Shown here piece after piece: positions 1 through 6,776 of a stretch of 64,000 nt of DNA. The notes under the pieces are model-generated. The model was not told the DNA's origin. It saw nothing but the letters and a program-made list of their open reading frames with translations, and made no database searches. Source of the stretch: Nitrososphaeria archaeon (GTDB taxonomy: Archaea > Thermoproteota > Nitrososphaeria > JACIWG01); NCBI GenBank assembly GCA_050011875.1, contig JBEKIG010000011.1, forward strand, positions 92,019 to 156,018, in the 5' to 3' direction. Within the stretch, counting starts at the first letter, position 1. Every line of letters starts with the position of its first letter. A program made the translations under genes and the position numbers.

Positions 1-134
1 TCCCATGCCAGTTTGAGTAGGAGGTCGAATGCCTGCCTGTGGCCTTGATCGACTAAACTGCCTCGATACTGTGATTTGAGCTCATTAACCGTTTCTTCAT
101 AAAGAGTGCGCGCGGAAGGCGTTATTCTACCCAT
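1..134 (-). CDS. small helical protein of the PolB2-operon type (arCOG07300-like), 3'-truncated by window edge
   Basis: Read by hand (not in ORF track): ATG at 134 gives MGRITPSARTLYEETVNELKSQYRGSLVDQGHRQAFDLLLKLAW..., open to the edge; start overlaps the stop of the upstream gene. Confidence 0.75.
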   Translation of the reverse strand, partial: MGRITPSARTLYEETVNELKSQYRGSLVDQGHRQAFDLLLKLAW

Positions 135-1278
135 GTTCGTCATCCCTCGTGGTTACATTGATCCTGTTCCTTATTGATTCAATGTCTTGAGCGAGCCTTT
201 TAGTTTCATCGTCTATGGTGAGGAAGCGGTTTTGGACGGACTCAATAAGTGCACGAGTGTCCACCGATGCTGTAAGGTTCAACCCATCCAAAAGTGTAAA
301 TTCCTTTAGGTTGCTTAATGCCTTCTGTTCCATATTCCAAGCTCCCTTAAGCAGAACATCAAACGCAGACCTGTGCCCAAGATCTAGGAAATCGTTCTGG
401 AAGAACCTTTTGAGGCGGTCCATCTGCTCACCGTAAAGTTGCTGGAAGGATGAAACGTTCCTTCCTGTCATTAGGTCTAAAGAACCGGCTTGACTTACAT
501 ATAGCACTATGGACTCTGGAGTCCTCTTATATGGATGCTTCACAAGCGTTACCTTATAGGATGATATTGGCCCATCGCAGAACTTTCTAAAATGAACTAA
601 GATTGAAGCTGCTTGCCTCATGTAGATCCCACCTAACGGCTTGGGAGCCAATACTTTACCTGTATCTATGGCATCAACGGTCATAACGAAGGCTACATGG
701 TTTTCAGATGCCGTCCTCCAAAGGTTGCCTACAACCTTCTTCAGAACCTCCTTGGACTCCTTAGGCTTCTTCGAGTTTACAAGGAAACGTGTGATGTTAT
801 GGACTGCGAGAAGCTTAATTTCCTTTTTTTCTCTTATCAAATCTGCAACCTCTTTTGACACAAACCATTGTCTTTCTTCATTAAATGCTGCCGCTACCTC
901 TACATTTTTGAAGACAAGGGAAGGATCTATACCCACATGCTTCGCTAGCATGCCGAGCCTTGATGGATCAATTAGAGTCTTGCCGACGTAGTAGTCGGTG
1001 TTGTTAAAGTAGACTGCTTTCGCATCAAGGCCACCTTTTTCGGCTGGCATAACACAGTTTACAAGAAGACGATGTATGAGGAGATCAAGTATCTCTGGCT
1101 CACCGTAGAACAGGTAGAAGGACCCTCCTTCAATTCCACCTATCAGGCTATCTAGGTCACCGGAGCCTGTCGTCAGCTTCAGCCTTTTCCTCTGCTCATC
1201 AAAGTCCTCCAGAGTGGTCTGAATAATTGGCATAGGTCTGTCGCCCATCCTGTGGTCGCCTCCAAGGAGAAGGTTCAC
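127..1278 (-). CDS. RadA/RecA-family paralog with degenerate Walker A, fused to a C-terminal arCOG07300-like domain
   Basis: LTTGSGDLDSLIGGIEGG RadA-type N-motif; FYGEPEILD replaces GxxxxGKT; KPLGG..M L2-like motif; C-terminal MTGRNVSSFQQLY...GHRSAFDVLLKGAW resembles the next gene. True start may be ATG 1248 or 1233. Confidence 0.8.
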   Translation of the reverse strand: MNLLLGGDHRMGDRPMPIIQTTLEDFDEQRKRLKLTTGSGDLDSLIGGIEGGSFYLFYGEPEILDLLIHRLLVNCVMPAEKGGLDAKAVYFNNTDYYVGKTLIDPSRLGMLAKHVGIDPSLVFKNVEVAAAFNEERQWFVSKEVADLIREKKEIKLLAVHNITRFLVNSKKPKESKEVLKKVVGNLWRTASENHVAFVMTVDAIDTGKVLAPKPLGGIYMRQAASILVHFRKFCDGPISSYKVTLVKHPYKRTPESIVLYVSQAGSLDLMTGRNVSSFQQLYGEQMDRLKRFFQNDFLDLGHRSAFDVLLKGAWNMEQKALSNLKEFTLLDGLNLTASVDTRALIESVQNRFLTIDDETKRLAQDIESIRNRINVTTRDDEHG

Positions 1279-1304
1279 TTCGACCTCTCCCCCCCTTAAG
1301 GTAT

Positions 1305-2297
1305 CTAACCTTCTCTGCCCTTCTTTGGCTCCGGATCCTCCACTCCCTTCTCCGATATTACAAAGCGATTTTCTGAATAGGGATGATAAGGACTGTCGAT
1401 AATTGTTGCAATCCTCTCTTGCCCAGCCTTCTTCAAGTAGACCCTGTACGTGCAGGCATGCCCTAAAATGTGTCCTCCAGCAGGCTTTGTAGGGTCCCCG
1501 AAGAACGTGTCCGGCTGTGCTTGAACCTGATTAGTAACTGCTACCGCCACGTTATAGATTTCAGCCATCCTGAGAAGGCGGTGCACGAGACCGTTCAGCT
1601 TCTGCTGTCTCTCAGCCAGCGTCCCTCTTCCCACGAACTCAGCTCTGTGCAAGGATATTATACTATCAACAATGACGAGCTTGACGTTGTACTGTTCGAT
1701 GTATTTTCCGAGCCTTTTGACCGCCAGCTCGAGGTGGCTGCTGTTGTAGACCTTGCAGATTATAACGTTCTTGAGAATTTGGATTGGGTCTAACCCTCTT
1801 GCTTCAGCTATCTGGTAAACCCTCTCTGGGCGGAAGGTGCTTTCAGTATCTATGAAGATCACATTTCCCCCGAATCCACCCTTCTCTATTGGAAGTTGTG
1901 CTGTCACGCAGAGGGTGTGGCAGAGCTGGCTCTTGCCGGAGCCAAATTCACCCCAAAACTCTGTGATAGCCTGAGTCTCAACACCCCCTATGAGCAGGCT
2001 GTCAAGGTTCTTCGAACCTGTCGTACACCTAATCATGGACTTTCTCTTCTCATAATTTTCTATTGCTGGAACGAACTCCTTATCGATTAAGCCGCTTTCC
2101 ATCAACGCCTTTTGAGCGACGAATATCATGGCACTCGCATTCTCCTTCGCACCACCGATCTTATCAGCCACTTCATCTGGTAGGGCGACTGCGAGATCGA
2201 GAACAGATTCTATCCCAGCGTCCTTAAGCTTCTTTTCAGTTGACGGCCCAATACCCTCCAAGTCGCGGAGCTCCATATCAAATACGGTTACAGACAT
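1305..2297 (-). CDS. radA: DNA repair and recombination protein RadA
   Basis: N-terminal HhH (LEGIGPSTEKKL), Walker A GEFGSGKS, IDTESTFRPER, Walker B LVIVDS, GRGTLAERQQ, TNQV, GGHILGH. Confidence 0.96.
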   Translation of the reverse strand: MSVTVFDMELRDLEGIGPSTEKKLKDAGIESVLDLAVALPDEVADKIGGAKENASAMIFVAQKALMESGLIDKEFVPAIENYEKRKSMIRCTTGSKNLDSLLIGGVETQAITEFWGEFGSGKSQLCHTLCVTAQLPIEKGGFGGNVIFIDTESTFRPERVYQIAEARGLDPIQILKNVIICKVYNSSHLELAVKRLGKYIEQYNVKLVIVDSIISLHRAEFVGRGTLAERQQKLNGLVHRLLRMAEIYNVAVAVTNQVQAQPDTFFGDPTKPAGGHILGHACTYRVYLKKAGQERIATIIDSPYHPYSENRFVISEKGVEDPEPKKGREG

Positions 2298-2383
2298 CTT
2301 TCTAACCCCTACAAAAAATATTCCATGGGACGATATTTATTGGATGAAGGACCTTAGGGGAGAGGGGAGGGTGGGTTTAATAC
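2295..2383 (-). promoter_or_regulatory. radA promoter/5'UTR, copy 1 of a duplicated element
   Basis: 36-bp core 2328-2363 (ggacgatatttattggatgaaggaccttaggggaga) matches 3443-3478 with one mismatch; similarity extends to the start codon. Confidence 0.75.
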
Positions 2384-2464
2384 AGCTTTTCTGGAATGTC
2401 ATATAATACACGAATAATCCCTCTCTGTAGATATTCTATTATCAGCTAAAGTATATTTTTCGGA

Positions 2465-2647
2465 TTATTCCTTGAACCACTGAAAATATAGGAAGAAGCC
2501 AACGAATATAATAAGTGTCAAAAGAAAGTATCTTTGGGCTTCAGTAATGTCCTGCATTTCATATAAAATTGTGTAGAACCAATAAGCTAACGCAACTACT
2601 ATAGTAACTCCTACACCCCTTTTTGCCCAATTATCTTTTTCAGTCAA
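2465..2647 (-). CDS. small hypothetical membrane protein (2 TM)
   Basis: 60 aa, two hydrophobic segments, GGAGG upstream of TTG. Confidence 0.6.
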   Translation of the reverse strand: MTEKDNWAKRGVGVTIVVALAYWFYTILYEMQDITEAQRYFLLTLIIFVGFFLYFQWFKE

Positions 2648-2666
2648 AATCCTGAACCTCCATCAT

Positions 2667-2852
2667 TTAGAACCTACCTTCCCCCAATACAAAAGAGATA
2701 ATGGGAATAGCAAGAATGAAAACAAATAGAATTGTGAAAATATCTGGGAGATTAGGAAGTAGAGGAAAAATCAGTAAAAATGCAAACAGAATCGCAAGTA
2801 GACTTAGCATTTTCCTTTTATTTACCCGATTTTTGGAAATTGTTTGACTCAT
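2667..2852 (-). CDS. small hypothetical membrane protein (2 TM)
   Basis: 61 aa, basic N-terminus then hydrophobic hairpin; tandem with previous ORF. Confidence 0.55.
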   Translation of the reverse strand: MSQTISKNRVNKRKMLSLLAILFAFLLIFPLLPNLPDIFTILFVFILAIPIISFVLGEGRF

Positions 2853-2923
2853 TCAAGTCGCAATATAATATTATATACATGCAACGTTGGAAAAACTTTT
2901 GTAGCATAGTACATGCAACATCG

Positions 2924-3355
2924 CTACTCCCTAACCACAAAAAGCGTTCTTCTAGTCATGGAGTATAGCAATGGACAGACTTTGCTATTCAATCTATAAA
3001 ATCGTCCATCCTTTTCGACGAAACCGAATTCGAGCAGCCTCTTCAAAATCCTATAGGCTGTTGTCCTATCACACCTTAATGTTTCTACTACATCTTTTAC
3101 CGTAAGATCCTTCGTCATAACCATCGTCCCAACTACGAGGATGGATTTCCACACCCTCTTTCTTCCATAAGAGGCAGCTTTTATCAGTATTTGAATTTCA
3201 TCCGTGAACTTTTTCATCTCGTATGATGGTGGGAGACGTGAATTGAGCTCCTCCCTCATAACTTTAGAAATGACTTTAGAAATCCTGCTACTTACCCTAT
3301 CGGATAAACTGTCTGCTAAACGGTCTACATCTATTTCCCCATTCACTTTCACCAT
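2924..3355 (-). CDS. winged-HTH transcriptional regulator (IclR/TrmB-like HTH at C-terminus)
   Basis: LTVKDVVETLRCDRTTAYRILKRLLEFGFVEKDGRFYRL is a classic wHTH. Confidence 0.8.
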   Translation of the reverse strand: MVKVNGEIDVDRLADSLSDRVSSRISKVISKVMREELNSRLPPSYEMKKFTDEIQILIKAASYGRKRVWKSILVVGTMVMTKDLTVKDVVETLRCDRTTAYRILKRLLEFGFVEKDGRFYRLNSKVCPLLYSMTRRTLFVVRE

Positions 3356-3361
3356 TTTCTA
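3326..3361. repeat. 36-bp exact direct repeat, copy 1 (covers the start of the wHTH gene)
   Basis: tacatctatttccccattcactttcaccattttcta is identical to 13837-13872. Confidence 0.95.
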
Positions 3362-3410
3362 ATTTCTAGAGGATGGGAGTGATACCTGTATCATCATTCA
3401 TGCTTATTGC

Positions 3411-3493
3411 CATCTTTCTGACCTCCACAAAAACATCCTAGAGGACGATATTAATTGGATGAAGGACCTTAGGGGAGAAGGTGGGGTTAACAC
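3411..3493 (-). promoter_or_regulatory. copy 2 of the radA-type promoter/5'UTR, upstream of the wHTH gene
   Basis: 3443-3478 matches 2328-2363 at 35/36; catctttct..acaaaaa context also shared. Confidence 0.75.
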
Positions 3494-3500
3494 CGTCTTT

Positions 3501-3785
3501 CTAAATATACTCCGACTCCTTGAAGAAACCGTATAGAACCCGGACTACGGGGTTGTCTAGGTTGATCTGGTACCTGAGGTGTATGGCCCTAAGCTCCTTT
3601 ACCCAGTTGATGTTGGTAAGGTGCCTGAGGTTCTCGTTCAGATCGCTTCGCTTTAGCCCTGTACCCTTTATGAGGGAATATTTGGTGAGGGATTCGTTAG
3701 GTTTCTTGGCCAACTCTGCCATAACCTTTATCCTGCCTATTGTTCCAAGGCCCTCCTCAATTTCTCTTTTACGATTGACGTACAT
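3501..3785 (-). CDS. small winged-HTH protein (ArsR-like)
   Basis: 94 aa; RIKVMAEL..LTKYSLIKGTGLKRSDLNENLRHL...WVKE..YQIN wHTH pattern; overlaps cdc6 stop. Confidence 0.8.
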   Translation of the reverse strand: MYVNRKREIEEGLGTIGRIKVMAELAKKPNESLTKYSLIKGTGLKRSDLNENLRHLTNINWVKELRAIHLRYQINLDNPVVRVLYGFFKESEYI

Positions 3786-4965
3786 TCAGCCCAGTCTCCA
3801 ACCGGTTGAACAAACTATCCAAGAAGAGTCCAAGGTTTTCTGTTGGCACACCGCTTATGCCTATCTCTTTGAGAGAACGTATTTCGATTATCCGCCTGTC
3901 GTGTAGGTCCTGAAGGTAGTCGTCAAGGTCCTCAGTTGGCTTAAGGTGCATGTCTTCACATATCATCCCACAATTGAGACGTATATCCCTCATTGAGGTG
4001 TAGGTCTTCCTCGTGTTTCTGAGCGATTTGACCACAGCGAGAAGTGCTATAAGGTGCTCCTTTTTGGGGAGGTTCAGAATATCTTCTTCTGTGATCGAAG
4101 GATGAGTTTCCCCGTGCACTCTGCGGACATGGTCTGGCAGAATCTGTTCAGCTCCCTGGTTCTCTGCTAGGTTACCTGAATATAGAAGTAGGTCAAGGGC
4201 ATATCTTAGGTCACCGTTCACAGGAGAGCTTACCGTTAAGTCTGCTACATATTCTAGAACTTCATCCGATACAACTCTCTGCTGAAAAGCCTCCTTGACT
4301 CTGTCAGCTAGGATGTCAACGATCTCAATGGAAGTATAGGAGGAGAACTCTATTGGAATCCTACCGAGTGTGCTAAGTTCGGCTCGATCAAGCCTTTCTT
4401 GGAAGTCCTTGCTTCTTGCAGTGAAGATAACACCTAACACGTTACATGGTTTTCCCAACTCAATTTCGTTGAGACGGGTTAGATCATAAACCACGCCAGT
4501 ATCCTTTGTACTCCTTATGAAGTAGTCAATTTCATCAAGTGAAATCAGCAGGTATCTTTTCCTCTCTCGAAGCTGTCGGAGCATCACCCGCAACATTTCT
4601 TCTGCACTCAGACTGGAGGAGTATACCTCAGGAGCCCCAGCTTCCAAAAGGTACCTGTACAGCACTACTCTGCTTCCGCCTTGAAGCTTCAGGTTAACGT
4701 AGACATGTCTAATATCACGCTTCAGTTTCGCAGCGTCCTGCTCAAACCTCTGACCGAACCGGAGAACGCTGCTCGTCTTTCCGGAGCCAGCTGGTCCAAC
4801 TATCTGAATAATCTTCAAGAGCGCTCTAGAAGGATCAGCCAAGGCTTCTCTGAAGGAATTGTAAAGGCTTTCAATCTGTTTCTCACGATGTGGCAAGATT
4901 AATGGTACATAGCGAGGAGACAGTTTCTCCCTATCCTTAAAGATCTTACTTTGAGCTCCTATCAA
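3769..4965 (-). CDS. cdc6: Cdc6/Orc1 family AAA+ ATPase (divergent paralog)
   Basis: IFKDREKLSPRYVP..LPHRE, Walker A GPAGSGKT, Walker B LDEID, GDLRYALDLL; start set at TTG 4965 behind GGTGG (ORF track extends to 5073). Confidence 0.92.
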   Translation of the reverse strand: MIGAQSKIFKDREKLSPRYVPLILPHREKQIESLYNSFREALADPSRALLKIIQIVGPAGSGKTSSVLRFGQRFEQDAAKLKRDIRHVYVNLKLQGGSRVVLYRYLLEAGAPEVYSSSLSAEEMLRVMLRQLRERKRYLLISLDEIDYFIRSTKDTGVVYDLTRLNEIELGKPCNVLGVIFTARSKDFQERLDRAELSTLGRIPIEFSSYTSIEIVDILADRVKEAFQQRVVSDEVLEYVADLTVSSPVNGDLRYALDLLLYSGNLAENQGAEQILPDHVRRVHGETHPSITEEDILNLPKKEHLIALLAVVKSLRNTRKTYTSMRDIRLNCGMICEDMHLKPTEDLDDYLQDLHDRRIIEIRSLKEIGISGVPTENLGLFLDSLFNRLETGLNVRQS

Positions 4966-5333
4966 ACCACCAACTAGTATACTATTCAAAGATAATATCT
5001 TTTTAAACACGACTATGTTGTGTAAAGTTCTTGGCTTCAATACACTGTTTTTCCTGCTCAGAGGTAGATCCATCCCACTTTTCCTTCGATTCCTTGAATG
5101 TTCACCCTACGCGGTGTTTTCAGTCGAAATGAGCCGAGAAATACTGTCAGAAACAAACATAAACAAAAAGCAAGAATCAATAGGCCAAGAGGGCTCATGG
5201 GCAAACACGCCAACTAAAAAAACTAGCTAACATTGCTTAAACACATATTTCCTTAGTCTTTCTCCTTCTGTCTTCTCAATTTTTACTTCTAAAACCAGTA
5301 AATGAATTCTTTCAATGCCATTACAAATGAAAG

Positions 5334-5897
5334 TTATTTTCCTCTCCACGACCCCCTACTTGTTACGCTCACGCGAAGCTTAGAGAAGTCTTCTCTGATC
5401 CTAACATCAAAACCCATTGAGTTCAAGAGTGTCAGCAAGAACCTCTTGACGAACTCTTTCGAAGATTCCGACAGCAGAACGAGGGTGAACTCCCTATCCG
5501 ATAGCTTAATTGTCTTAAAGAAATTGCAAGCCTCTAAACGTTCGAAGACGTTTTCTAAGGAGTTCCCTTTTGTAGCAAACTGTTCTGCGTGGGATTTCGC
5601 GATTTCTTCGTTATTTTGCCAGAAAACGTCCTTTTGAGAGGAAGTTTCGATCAGTTTAAGAAAGAGCAGCCAGTGGTCCATATCAAGAATTACATGTTCC
5701 CCGCTGGAAAGCATATCTAGGTAAATGCCCAGTTTATTGAGCGTCTTATCCCCTGCCATTTCTCTGTACTCTTTTAAGAACCTGATCGCTTTTCTCACTA
5801 GTTCGCTTTGGGAGATTTTAAGTTCGTCTTTCATCTCTTCAAGTAGTCTAGCTGTGTCTTCATCAAGTGCACATGTTACTCTAATAGGAACAGCCAT
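5334..5897 (-). CDS. CopG/ribbon-helix-helix regulator with C-terminal ligand-binding (V4R-like) domain
   Basis: RVTCALDEDTARLLEEM..ISQSELVRKAI RHH; GEHVILDMDHW motif. Confidence 0.8.
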   Translation of the reverse strand: MAVPIRVTCALDEDTARLLEEMKDELKISQSELVRKAIRFLKEYREMAGDKTLNKLGIYLDMLSSGEHVILDMDHWLLFLKLIETSSQKDVFWQNNEEIAKSHAEQFATKGNSLENVFERLEACNFFKTIKLSDREFTLVLLSESSKEFVKRFLLTLLNSMGFDVRIREDFSKLRVSVTSRGSWRGK

Positions 5898-6308
5898 ATA
5901 ATACCAACTCCATAGTGCGGAAGGCTACTAGAAAGTGAAGTGCGGGTAGGATTCATGCTTATGTGATCACGCTGATAGTTGTATTTCGTATTCCATCTTA
6001 CTCCTTGCCATCCTGTTGCACAATTGAATCTGAGAAATGGGAGTTCACGAACTCCATGCATATATTCTCTGCTCTCTTGAACGGAGTCGTTCTCCCTTCT
6101 TGCCATATTCAATGTCTCTTATTGAGCATTATTTAAGGTTATAGGAGATTTTCCGAGCAATATACATATGAAATGCTTAGAACTATGTCATAACGATAGA
6201 AAAAGTGGAAGCACGACATGTGGGGAGAATCTTAAACTGGCACCTTGCTATCGACTAGCTTATTGTAGCATTCCTCAAAACTGTGCAACCATTAAGAAAA
6301 TGCGCCAC

Positions 6309-6764
6309 TTATCCAGAGAAATTGTCGTAAAAGGAAGGATACGATTTGATGAGGACAAGATTAATGCGGAGCACATTCACGTAAGGGCTTCCGAAAATCC
6401 ATAAAGTACCCTCTTCATTTTGGTTAACTAGGGCAATCAGCGAATTGGCTGAGATACCGGTTGCATTACTTATTCGCGGTATCTGTGAGTAGGCATCTTG
6501 AATAGTGATATCCGGATCAACTCCTGAAGCAGAATCATTCCGTGCATGAAAGAAAATGGGCAAAGAAAAATTTTGAGAAATCAAGTTTGATCCAATCGCC
6601 CGTCCATTGACCTTCACAATCTCGCCGTTTGCTTGATACGGAAAAAATACTTGAGCTAGCGCGGTTATGAGAAGAGGGAAAAGCATACCACAAATTATCA
6701 GCGAAACAACTGCAAGAGTAACAATCGGTCTGAAACTCCATTTTTCCTTTTTTTCCAAACCCAT
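6309..6764 (-). CDS. kdpC: K+-transporting ATPase subunit C
   Basis: N-terminal TM, FPYQANG, GSNLISQNF, SASGVDPDIT, VNVLRIN. Confidence 0.93.
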   Translation of the reverse strand: MGLEKKEKWSFRPIVTLAVVSLIICGMLFPLLITALAQVFFPYQANGEIVKVNGRAIGSNLISQNFSLPIFFHARNDSASGVDPDITIQDAYSQIPRISNATGISANSLIALVNQNEEGTLWIFGSPYVNVLRINLVLIKSYPSFYDNFSG

Positions 6765-6776
6765 TTTCCATCATCC

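Noticed and set aside
4966-5333. Replication origin next to cdc6 (tttcagtcgaaa near 5118 resembles a mini-ORB)
   Set aside because: Single degenerate match; no repeated ORBs with G-strings and no clear unwinding element
5876-6112. 78-aa ORF upstream of the RHH gene
   Set aside because: No recognisable motif, overlaps the RHH start, atypical composition
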